Positions 38,401-50,732 of a stretch of 64,000 nucleotides of DNA are shown here, one piece after another (position 1 is the stretch's first letter; each line of letters begins with the position of its first letter). Made by a program: the position numbers and the translations under genes. The notes beneath the pieces were generated by a model. It was not told the DNA's origin. It saw only the letters and a list, made by a program, of their open reading frames with translations, and searched no databases. Source of the stretch: Monocercomonoides exilis PA203 (taxonomy: Eukaryota; Protista; Preaxostyla); NCBI GenBank assembly GCA_001643675.2, contig LSRY02000030.1:682001-746000 (forward strand), written 5' to 3'.

Positions 38401-40627
38401 ACGGTATCTGTTTGATGAGTGCATCATTGGAACTTTGAAGAACAGAGGGAAGACAGTGCTGCTGATGACGAACCAGCTGCAGTATCTGGATAGAGCAGAC
38501 AACATCATCTTGCTTGGAGGAGGAAGAATAGCAGCACAAGGAACAGAGAAGGAGCTGCGGGATCAAGGAATCGACTTCAGCGAGTACATCATCCGGTCGA
38601 GCCATAGCGATGAAGACGACGATGAAGAGGAGAATGGCGAAGGCAAAGATGGGCATCACCATCATCATCATCATAAGAAGGGAGGGAAAGCAGCGATGAT
38701 GTCGAAGAAGAAGAGAGAGGAGATGGCGCGTGGAAAGGCAGGGAACAAAGAAGATGAGAACGAAGAAGGATCCGAGGCTGGAAAGCACATGATGACAGAA
38801 GAGGAACAGGAGACTGGTTCTGTGCCGTTGAAGATTTATGTGCAATACTTCCTATCTCTGCTGCCTGGATGGGCCCTTGTTCCGTTTTTGCTTCTGATGC
38901 TGCTGTCAGATGCTGTGATGTCTATGGGATCATACTGGGTGGGTGTGATTGGAACAGCAACTCAATATCCTTCAATCTCATATGAGTGGAAGATAGGCAT
39001 CTACGGGTTCATTGCGCTGGCTGTGCTCGTGCTTCTGCTGATAAGGGCAGCTGTTGTGCGACCAATGTCAGCGAGGTCCAACAGGCTTATTCACAGCGAG
39101 CTGCTGCTGAATGTGATGCACTGCCCATCATCTTTCTTCGATACCACTCCCATGGGACGTATCCTGAACAGATTTACTGGCGATATCCCACAGGTCGATC
39201 AGCAATTACTGTCGCAACTGCTGCAAGTACTATCAATGTGGCTTGGCTTGATTGGACAAGTGGTGATTGTGGCTGTGGACACAGTGTTCTTCCTGGCGAT
39301 TGGACTTCCAGCTCTTGTTGTGTATTACATCATCCTGCAGATCTACTCGAATGCTTCAAGAAATCTGCAGCGGTTGGAATCAATGTCTCGATCTCCTGTT
39401 CTTTCGCTTTTCAGTGAGACTGTCAGCGGGGCTGGTCTTTCAACAATTCGGTCGTATCATCTGGAGGAGACTTGGAGGCAACGGTTTTATGCACTGAATG
39501 ATGAATGGAATGTGAGATTTGTGCTGTTCAGAGAAGGACAGAAGTGGGCAACACTGTTTTCATCTCTGCTGTCAACAATTCTGATGGTTGGTATTATTTT
39601 GCTGGGGTGGTTCTACATGGAGCCTGCGAAGTTGGGCGTGGCTGTCTCTTCTGGCATCATCTTCTGCATGTTGGGACAACAGATAGTGCAACAGAATGTA
39701 GAGTTAGACTCTCGAATGACTGGATATCAGCGTATCAAGTTCTACTCATCACAGCTGCCGCAAGAAAAAGATCACACAAAGAAAGAAGGAGCAATTGACC
39801 CACCGAAAGAGTGGCCAGAGGAAGGGAAAGTGGAATATGACCATGTCACTTTCAGATATCGGCCGGGGCTGCCGTTTGTGCTGCGGGATGTGTCGTTCTC
39901 GTTAAAGGCAGGAGAGAAGATCGGAGTGTGCGGGCGGACAGGTGCTGGGAAGTCGTCTTTGCTGTTTGCTCTGTTCAGACTGGTTGAGTTGGATCCGTCG
40001 CTGCAGCCAACGATGATTGATGTTAACACTGGATTTCCGATTGAGGCAGATCCGAACGAGGTACCGAACAGCGGGCGGGTACTGATTGATGGAGTAGACA
40101 TCTCAAAGGTGAATCTGGGGAGAGTGCGGAGATCGATTGCGATCATTCCACAAGATCCCACTTTGTTCACAGGAACACTCCGATACAACCTGGACATTGG
40201 GAGCAAGTGCAGCGACGATGAGATCTGGGAGGTGCTGGAGCTGATTGAGATGAAGGACATTGTGGCAGGGCTGGAGTATGGGCTGGACACACAGATGGCT
40301 GAGGGTGGATCGAACTTCAGTGCTGGACAGAGGCAGCTGATCTGCTTCGGGCGAGCGATGCTGAACAAGTGCAAGATTGTGATTATGGACGAGGCCACAG
40401 CAAATGTGGATGTGGAGACAGATGCGAAGATCCAGAACACGATTCGGCGGGTGTTTTCGAAGCAGACGGTGATTGTGATTGCGCACAGGCTGAACACAAT
40501 CATGAACAGTGACAGAATTTTGGTGATGAACCAGGGGCAGGTGCAGGAGATGGACTCTCCTGCAAACCTCCTCGCCAACCCCGACTCTGCTTTCAACGCG
40601 CTTATCCAGAGCTTGAACGGTGCATAG
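35478..40627 (+). CDS. ABC transporter, ABCC/MRP subfamily (TMD-NBD-TMD-NBD)
   Basis: Spliced model 35478-35935, 36002-36103, 36242-36704, 36776-40627. NBD1: GGVGSGKSS, GEKGVNLSGGQKARI, ILDDPLSAVDAHVG. NBD2: GRTGAGKSS, NFSAGQRQL, IMDEATA, IAHRL. FFDTTPMGRILNRF is typical of ABCC. Confidence 0.95.
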
Positions 40628-41391
40628 AGCAGAATGAAGGGAAATTATACGAAAAATTACAAAATTAGAAAGAAAAGAAAAGAAGAAGAAGAAGAATATT
40701 AGAGAAAAATAGAAATTAGCCCCAAATCGTCATTCTCAACACTTCATTTTCACTTCATTTCTATTTGGGAATTAATGATTGAAGTTATTAATTTTTATAT
40801 ACCGTTTATTTCACTCTCTTTGCCTGTTTGCTGATGTCTGGTGCACTTTTGCAATTGTATGCAAAGCAATGCAAAGATGTTATGTCCAATACAAACTCAA
40901 AAAGCAAAGTTTTGTCTAGAATTTTTTTAATTTTATTTTCATCCATTCGCAAGTCTTTTTGAAAGTGAAACTTTTTCTTTTATATATTTATATGTATATG
41001 CATGTTAGTATTTTTCTTTGTAATTTTTTTAATATTAAAATATAACGACAATTCGTAAAAAATTAAAAATAGAATACTGAAATTTTTTAATTCTTTTTTT
41101 TTTTTTCATGAGTTGGTAAATATCAATTTCAATCAATCATCAAAACAACAATTTCTTTGATTGAGTTCTATTTGTTGGAAATGTTGGAAAACAAAACGAT
41201 ACAAAGATTAACATTGTATTTGTAAGAAAATGCAGAAAATACAAAGAATAAGTGATTTTATCTGTTGATTATATCATTCTTCAATTTAAATAGGATCGAA
41301 TAAGATCACGATAATCCAAAGATCGACCAAAAATTTTTCAAAGTTCCACTGGGCTCTTATTACTTGGAATTATCGGCAACACATTATCGTC

Positions 41392-44300
41392 ATGACTGAA
41401 AAGCAATCTCAGCACAATTTGCCGGGAGTTGTTTTGACCAAATTCAAATCTGCACAAAAAACTGAGACTTTGCATCGCACCCAGTTTCAGTCGCTCTCCA
41501 TGATGAAACAGGCATTGACGGTTCTTGACATGGGTATAAATTCTTTTTTGTATAATTTCCATTTGAAAATGAATTTTTTTCTTTTCAGAGGATCAAGAGC
41601 TTGAATCATCTCAATATATTCAAGATGCTTCGCTTGGAACAAAGATATTGGGATCGGGAAGTTTTGGCGTCGTTTTTAAAGCTGTGGTGAAAGATCATGA
41701 TGAAATTGTTGCTGTAAAACAAGTTGTTCAAGACAAAAAATTTAAGGTTTCAATCTAAAAATGTGTTTTTATTCTCAATTTCTTGTAAATTAACATAGAA
41801 TCGAGAACTTCAAATATTGAAGCTTTTGAACCATCCAAATTGCGTGCCCTTACGTGGTTTCTTTCGAACCAAAGATCCAACTGTATGCTGAGATTTTTTT
41901 GTTTTTCAAAAATATTTTCATAATTTGTGCAGAGCGACAGGACACTTGTAAATCTTGTAATGGAATATCTTCCACAAACCCTTCATAATGTCTGTCATTT
42001 TTTTGTAAAGATGAGAAAAACAATTCCATCATTCCACGTGAAGGTTCGCTCTTTGTTCTATTTTTATTTAATTGAAAATTACATAATAAATTTGAATACA
42101 GTTGTTTTCGTATCAGCTATGTCGCGCTCTAGCGTTTTTGCATGGAGTTGGGATAAGCCACAGAGATTTGAAACCTCGTTTGTTGAAATGATCTATTTTT
42201 TTTTTTTTTTTTCTGATTGATGAATCGAATTATTCAAAATTTTGAACTCATTGCGATGTTATACAATTGATTTTATAAATTTTATATTGATAATCCAAAT
42301 AATAATAACCGTTTTTCCCTTTTTTTTATCAAGAAAATATTCTTATTGATCCCGTCAAAGGAATACTGAAAATCTGTGATTTTGGAAGGTTTGTTTAACA
42401 GTCATTTTCTCATTAAATTACATGTGAATTTTTATATTTTTTTTTTTCAAAACAATAATAATAATTATTATTATTATATTTATTTTTTTTCAAAAAAAAC
42501 AACCACGATTTATATGAAAGTGCAAAAGTGTTGAAGAAGGATGAGCTGTCAATGTGTTACATCTGCAGTCGATTTTACAGGGCGCCTGAACTGATCTTTG
42601 GAGCACAGTTGTATTCTTCTGCCGTTGGTATGATTGATTCAAATTGATTGGTCGATGGATTGGTTGAGAGAATGAATGAATGAATAAGAAAGAGAGAGAA
42701 AGAAAGAAAGAAAAAGATGAAGTGCGATTATTCTGATAGTACTTGTGGCTGTTTCATTGCACTCAAATTTTTATTATAAAAACTGTTCAATTTGTGCATG
42801 AACATGTATTTATTCGCTTTTCATGAATTCTTTTCCTTTCTTTTTTATCTTCTTTCTCTTTCTCTCTCTCTTTCTCTTTCTCTCTCTCTTTCTCTTTCTC
42901 TTTCTCTTTCTCTCTCTCTTTCTCTTTCTCTTTCTCTTTCTCTTTCTTTCTTTCTTTCTTTCTTTATCTTTTTCTTTCTCTTTCATTTTCTCTCTCTCTT
43001 CCCTCAGATCTCTGGTCTCTGGGGTGTGTGATGTGTGAGATGCTGCTCGGCCGCCCTGTCTTCACAGGCACCTCAAATGTTGACCAAATCGTGGAGATTG
43101 TGAAGATATTAGGCACCCCTTCCAATGCAGACCTCGTGGACATGTGCATAGACAGAGGAGATCTCTCTATCCCTGTGGTGAAGCCTGTGGACTTTACAAG
43201 GGTGTGGTTGATTTTTTTTTATTTTATTAATTTTTTATTTATTAATTTTATTTTATTTTATTTATTTATCATTTCATTGATTCGATACTTGCTTCATTGT
43301 CATCATTAAAATCATATCTTCTTCACTTCCTCTTCTTCCTCCCTCTCTTTCTTTTTTTCTCTCTTCTTCCTCTTCTTCCTCCTCCTCCTCCTCTTCCACT
43401 CCCCCAGCTCTTCCACCCCGCCACTGACCCTAAAGCAATCGATCTCATCTCCCGTCTCTTCGTCTTCTCCCCTCCCCATCGCATAACTGCCTCACAAGCT
43501 CTTCTCCACCCGTATTTCTCTGATTTGTTAGACGGGACCATCACAAACCTTCCTGATGGCTCGCCTCTTCCTCCGCTTTTTGACTTCAATGCAGTCGAAC
43601 TGGAGGTCACACCACAGCTGGCGAAGTGTGTGGCGTATAGGAGATATGTGAAGGAGGGGAAGGAGAAGGAAGGGAGAGAGGGGAAGGAGGGGAAGGAAAA
43701 GGGAGAAGGAAGAGAAGGAAGAGAAGAACAAGTAATGCCTTCAGAACAGAATGTGAATGCATCGCAATCAACGTCTTCTTCTTCTTCTTCTTCTGTTGGA
43801 GCGTCTTCATTTGCAACGCCAGCACTTGTCTCTGCTCGAAGAAACGAAGAAAGCAATGTTAACAGTAATAAAAATGATAATAATAATAGTAATAGTAATA
43901 GTAATTTGAATAATATTAATAATAATAATAACCCTTCTTCTTCTTCTTCTTCTTCTCTTCCTCCCATCAAAAAATCCTCCTCCTCCTCCTCTTCTTCTTC
44001 TTCTTCTTCTTCTTCCATCATTTCTTCTTCAAATGACAGACACACTTCACTTCTTCCTCCAATTTCTTCCTCTTCTTCTTCCTCTAATCAGATTTCTGCT
44101 CACACTGCTTCCTATTTAAGTGCAACAAAACATGGAAAAGAAGGAGAAACGGGGCAAATGAATGAAGTTGTTGGTGATGTTGGTTCTATTCCTCTTGCTG
44201 TTGAAATATCTTCTTCTTCCTCCTCTTCCTCTTCAATGAATGAATTTCAAAGTAATCAGGTTAATCAACAACCAACTTCTTCTTCTTCTTCAAATACTTT

Positions 44301-45976
44301 TAATTCTTCTTCTTCTTCTTCTTCCTCAACAAAACCTATTCGAAAGCCTCGTCCTCCTCTAACTCTTGTGATTCCTCCATTCAACAGACAGAACTTGAAC
44401 AAGCGTCATTCTTCTGGTTCTTCTTCTTCTTCTTCTTCCTCTTCTTCCTCTTCTTCCTCTTCCTCTTCCTCCTCCTCAAATTTTGGTGCTAATTCTTCTT
44501 TTGCTACTCCTTCCTCTTCCTCTTCTTCTTCTTTGTCTTCATCTTCTACTAACAATCCTTCTTCTTCCATTTCTTCATCATCATCATCTTCTTCTTCTTC
44601 TTCTAATAGTATCAATAATAATAATGCTAATTATCCTTCTTCTTCTTCTTCTTCTTCTTCTTCTTCTCTCTTCCCAAAATCTCGTTCCAAAATCACATTC
44701 AGCAAACAGTCGAATAGCAGATTGGGAGGAGGAAAATTTGGTATCTATTACAATGTGGATGATATATCACATAAACAACCTTCTCTTCCTTCTCCTTCAA
44801 CTTCTTCTTCCTCCTCATCTTCCTCTTCTAATGTTGGTTTATCAAGTTCTTCTTCTTCTTCTTCTGAATCTCAATCTTCATTTCCTTCTTCTTCGTCCTC
44901 TTCGTCTTCTTCTTCTTCTCTCTCTGACCATTCGCATACTTTACCTCTTCCTTCCTCTCTTCCTCTTCCTTCCTCTCTTCCTCCTCCTTCTTCTCTTCCT
45001 CTTCCTCTTCCTCTCTCTCAATCTCAACCTCAATCTCAATCGCATTCTCTTCTTCATCCGCAAAACACACCAAACGGAGAAAAAGCATCCATTCATCAAC
45101 TGTCTCTACCTCCTCCTCCTCCGCCTCCTCCTTCTTCTCTTGGATCATCATTGTCTTCTTCTTCCTCTTCTTCAGTTTCTTCTTCTTCTTCAATTTCATC
45201 ATCATCATCTTCTTCTTCTTCTTCAAAGTCTTTTCCTTCTTCCTCTCCTTCTCATAAGAATGTCCCTTCTAATATTATCATTCCTGTTGCTGAATGTCCT
45301 CCAAACGACGAAGTTGTTGTCAGATGTATGATGACTCAAGGATTGCCTTTATCTTCTTCTTCCTCCTCTTCCTCCTCATCATCTTCTTATTCTTTCGATT
45401 CTTCCACCTCTCCTTCCTTCTCATCATCATCTTCCTCTTCCTCCTCCTCAGCCTTCTCCAACTGCTCTGCCGGTATCGACCACTCCTTCCTCCCTCCCCT
45501 CACCATCCCTTCCACTTCGGAGGCTGATTTAGACAGCTCCACCGGCCTCTCTTCTCCTCCTTCTCGCGCACACAGCCAGGAACTGCTTGAACTTCAATTC
45601 GCTTCTCTTTCTTTCTCTCAGCAGCATTCGCATGGCTCCTCAAAGAAAGTCGGCTCAAGGTCTTCTTCTCCTTCTGACTCGGCGTTGCTTCAGGTGCCTT
45701 CTTCCACTTCTCCTTCTTCTTCCTGCTCTTCTCTTCTCCTGAATGCCTCTTCCTTCACCGCTCTCCCGGCAGCCATGTCTTCTCGCTCGTCTTCTTCTTC
45801 CTCTCTCCAACCATCGTCCCATCACGCAGCACACTCAAACACATTGCAGCAGAATCAGCCATTAGACATGCACTCACAAACAACCAAGTTGTTGATTGAC
45901 GTCAGTCTCCAGGTGCCAAAGACACCAGCAATGGCACTGTCTCCTCTTCCTCAGAACACTTTTTATTCTCCTTTTA

Positions 45977-46007
<31 letters not shown>

Positions 46008-47391
46008 TTCTTCTTCCAACAAAAGGCATTCTTCTTCTTCTTCCATATCTTCTCTTTCTTCCTTGCCTTCTGACCCAACCTCCCCTTTCACCCCACACAC
46101 CGCCATCTCTCCTCTCCATCAGCCTCATCTCCTCTTAGCTCCTTCTCCTCATCACCCTCACCCCCACCCCACTCCTTTCTCTAATGCTACTTCTCCTGCT
46201 ATTTCTTCTGAAGGTATCAGTCCAATCTTTCCCGGCCGTCAAACTTCGAGAGGCAACTTATTGCCTGTACAGTCACCCGTGCTGAAGCCTGTGGTGACTG
46301 GGGCAGCTGCGCCTTCTTCACCGCCTGCAACCACTCCGACTTCTGCTTCTTCTACCTCGTCGTCGTCGTCTTCTTCTTCTTCTTTCTCTTTGTTCCACTC
46401 TTCGTTGAGCTCTGGCCCTGTTTCTCCCTCTCCCTTTTCCAGAAGGTCGCTTTCTTCTCAGCAGATTGCTGTGTCCAACCTGCAAAGCCCTTCAAATTCA
46501 AGTGCAAATTCAAAATCGAAGTCGAAGACGAAGTCAATGACAAAGGCATCTTCGAAGAGCAAAAGACTAACAACACCTGGAAGAATACAGAGGTCGACAT
46601 CAGATTTCTTACCTCCACTTTCTCTTTCTTCTTCTTCCTCCTCCTCTTCTTCTTCTTCTTCTAATTCTGGTGCAAAAGTGAGTGCAGCGCGAACAGCTAA
46701 TCTTCTCCCAGTGCGCAATGTGTATTATGACTCAGATGTAAATCTTACTCCTTCTTCCATTCAGTCTTCCCATTCAAATGTTTTGTTCTCCACCCGCCAC
46801 AGTCCCAGTCAGAGCAGCATGTTGGACGATCCGAGGTATTCTCCTGTGTTTTGTGACATGAGTGATGAAGAGTTTGATGGGTGTGGAGGAGGAGGAGGAG
46901 GAGGAGGAAGTGGATTTGGGTTTGGGTTTGGAAGAGAAGATGGTGAGGAGGAGGAGGATGAAGAGGATGAAGGAGGAGAAAGAGGAAATGATGTGGGAGA
47001 ATTCGAAGATGCACGAGATTTTGATGAGGTTGTCGCGTTTAGCGAGAAGGAAAGAGAAACAAAAGGAAAAGAAAGAGAAAGAGAAAGAGAAAGAGAAAGA
47101 GAAAGAGAGGAAGAGCAACTAAGCAATGCAAATGTTGATGTCGGTGATGGAGAAGAAGGTGCATTGTCTGATTCTTCTTCAATGGGGAAGTCTCCAAAAG
47201 GAGAGAAGAAGACAGAAAAGACGCTGCAGCCACGGTTTATGAACCGTCTTTTCCAGAGGTCTTCTTCGTATTCGATCAGAGCATCGTCGAGAAGACAGAG
47301 TGCTCAACAACAACAGCAACAGAAGCAGCAACAGCAGCAAACACAGAAGCAACAGCTGCAACAACAACAACAACAGATGGATAAGAAATAA
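41392..47391 (+). CDS. GSK3: GSK3/shaggy-like CMGC Ser/Thr kinase with a very long Ser-rich C-terminal extension
   Basis: Eight GT-AG introns (41534-41588, 41747-41798, 41883-41932, 42044-42101, 42178-42333, 42389-42520, 42628-43007, 43202-43407) join [57 protein letters not shown] and DLWSLGC. The start codon is uncertain; a further upstream exon near 41230 is possible. Confidence 0.9.
42850..42975. repeat. (TC)/(TTTCTC)n pyrimidine microsatellite inside GSK3 intron 7
   Basis: Visible directly. It explains the spurious SLSLSL and LFLF ORFs. Confidence 0.85.
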
Positions 47392-50300
47392 AAAGAGGAA
47401 GAAGAGGAGAATGTGTTATGATGAAATGTATTGAAATGATATGATATATTACGTCATAAAATGTTATGTAATGTCATATAATTTCAGATAATGTTATCTA
47501 ATGTGATGAACAATGTATTTAAGAATAGCAGTATTTTGGACGAAACGGGCGATGAAGATAATGTTGGTGAAGGTTGTTTCATGGACTTGTATGAATGTTA
47601 TATCTAATGGAAGATTAACTTGTGTAATGGTTCTTAAATTTGAAAAAAAAAATTGACTTTCTTTGCAATTGCAATTGATATTGCTCTTGTTCTTGTTATT
47701 CAAATGTATTGATGCTTCATCGCTTTATTGACAAAATTGAATAAAAATGCATCTGTTGCTGGCTTCTTCAAAGAGAAATGACAACTTTTTAGAATGATTT
47801 TTCAGCATCATATTGTTGTTTGTTGTTGTTTGTTGTTGTATTGTTATGCATTCTTCTGTCTATCTGACTTGCGTTGATTGAGCTAATCTTCTCCTCTCTT
47901 CTTCTTCTTCTTCTTCTTCTTCTTCTTCTTCTTCTTCTCTTTCAACATTATATATCTTCTTTTCTTTCTTTCTTCATTATTTTTTTGAATGTTCTGAGCT
48001 AAAAATCATCTTTCTATGTTAAAAAAAGAAATCAAATGACATTTCATATTCTTTCTATTCTTCGTTCATTTCTTTATCACCAATTTTCATTGTTCTACCT
48101 ATTTTATGCTTATTTCTTACTGAAAGTCACTTATATTTCATCTTGTTATTCCACAAATGCTTTCATTTTCGAAAATCATCCGCATTTTCAAAAGATGAAG
48201 TGTTTTATTTGGATTACTTGATGTTTTTAATGTTTGTTTGAAACACTACAGAAATTTTTTTATTTTTCTATTGTTTTTTTTTTTGTTATTTTTTTAAGTT
48301 TTACCGCTTTTTTCCGTTGATTTTTTGATTAAAATTTCGCATGTTATAATTTGATTATAGCAACATTTCCATCATATTTATGTTAACTTTTAATTTTTTA
48401 TGTTTTATTTTATTGAACTTTTTTTTTTTCGTTAGAGAGTGAATATTGTTGTCTGTACAATATTTTTGTTCTATTTAAGCTCTCCCACATACACATTGTT
48501 CATATTTTCATTCTTTTCTGTTAACTTTCACGAGACTTATAATTCGTGCATTTTTTTGTTTGGTTGTTTCATTTTTTTAAAGATTTTTAATGTTTGTTTT
48601 TAATTTTGCGATATTTTTTGATTAAAAGTATCTTTACAGTTTTTCTTTCATTCAAACAAATATATTCTTCCATTTCGTTTTATTGCATCGATAAGCATTG
48701 GAGAAAAAACATAATCCTTTGTTTTGTTGTTGTTATAACCGATGCATTCTGTTTTTTGGTTTCATATTGATTATTTCATTGAAATCAATTTTTTATGCAG
48801 ACTTTCTTCTTTTAACATCTTTTTTTGTTTCTATCAACTTATTGCTATTCAATTCGAATATGCATGTTCTTTGTGTCTTTATGATTTTCTAACTTTGCTA
48901 TTGGATAATGTATTTCTCTAACTTTATCGCTCTTTTGTTCTTCTATTTTTTAAAGTCTCTCTATCTTTTCTTTGCAAATTTTCTTTTTATAACTTTTTAA
49001 AGCAATGTGCATATTTTCTATTTTTAATGAATGTTGTCTTGTTTCTAATATGCTTCTTTAGAATTCTTTCTTTCTTTCTTTCTTTCTTTCTTTCCTCTCA
49101 ACAAATAAACATATGTAGATTGAATATACGAGCATTGTACAATTTTTTATTTTTTTGAATTCTTACTTTTGATATTTATTTATTTTGTAAAGATCTTTCT
49201 TCATTAGTCGATATCACTCATATTGAAATTCTTGTTTTCAGTGCTACAATGTTCAACTATAAGTAAAAACTATGGCTATACATTTTGTTTCTTTTTATTT
49301 TCCTTTTTAATTTCAAAAAATTTTTTTGTTATCATTACTTTTTTCATCTTCGCTTTGCATTCAACTTACAATGTAAATGCTTCGATCTGTTTGATAATTG
49401 TTATTTTCCTTCTCTTTCTTAAAAAATTTGTTACAATCTCTCGTAATATTTAATTCATCTATATGTTTCTTTTGTTGACTTTCTTTGACACTTTGTTTTC
49501 CTGAACAATCTTGTTCTGATCGAGGTAAGTTTATCGATATTATCTTTTATAAAAAATGAAATAAAAAGTATTTTTTAATTTTTCGTTCTTGTTATCTTTT
49601 GCGTCTTGTGAAAGTTGTGTAAAATTGATTTGTGTTTTGATCAATATATTTTTCCAAAGATTTTATTTTTAAATTATTTTTTTCGGCTTTTCTGTTGTTC
49701 GTACATTCAACAGACAATTACAAACTGGTTTGTTTTAATTGTGTTTAATTATTAATTATCAGTTTATTTTAAAGAAAAAAACTTTTTTTCTTCTGAATTT
49801 CCTTCTTTCAAATCATTTGCATTGTGTTTGCATTCTCACTTTTTTAACATGAGTACCAATCGTATCCTCTTGGTTTCATTGATTCTTCACGGCTTTAAAC
49901 AATCGCTTGTTTTATTTTTTCTCTCTCTCTCTCTCTCTCTATTTTCATGAACACAAACTATCTCATTTCTCTTTTGTGCAATCACTTTCTGAACTCATCT
50001 TCTTTGAGGTTTTGTCACCTTTTCATCCATCTTTTGCATAATTTGCTTTGGATGGATGTATTTTTTTCTGCTGCTTTTTTAAGAATACCAACACAATGAA
50101 ACATGACGCTTTGAAGGGGGAAACAGTTAAATTATATTTTTGTGTTTATTATTAATATTGAAGGAATCGTGTTTTTTAAAAACTCAAAACTTATAATTCA
50201 TTTGTTTCACGATAAGTTAGATTCTCAGTTTCAAATTTATCTCAAACTGCATCAAATTTCTATGAAATATGAAATAAGTCCCTTTGCTTTAATACGATTT

Positions 50301-50732
50301 TGCCTTGTACCCATTTAACAACAGCCAGTCAAAATGTCTATTTAATTATTATTCACTTTAAGATTATTTTTGATTGAAATGAGCTTCGTCCCTTTTTTCA
50401 AAAGAAACAATGCTCAAACATCAAAAAAAGAAAGAAAGAAATATAGAAATATAGAAATTCGATTTCACTCGAAATAAAAAAAAATTGCTTTATTGTGGCC
50501 GAGCACCACAATAAAACATGAAAAGTCATCTTTTTGCCTGCGAAATCGCATTCAAAAGAATGCAACTACAAAATTCTAATAATCAATTTCTTGTGTTGTA
50601 AAACGTAAGCAAAAAGAGTAAAAAATGAATAACAATTTTGAAAATCTGTCCTTCAAGTGTTTATCAAGCAAACAAACAAGTTTAAAAAATAAGAACTTAT
50701 AAGTATTTAAAGGCATAACGATTGCATATTCT

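Noticed and set aside
48000-50400. Long T-rich strand-biased intergenic stretch
   Set aside because: No termini, repeats or coding motifs were found to support a mobile-element call.
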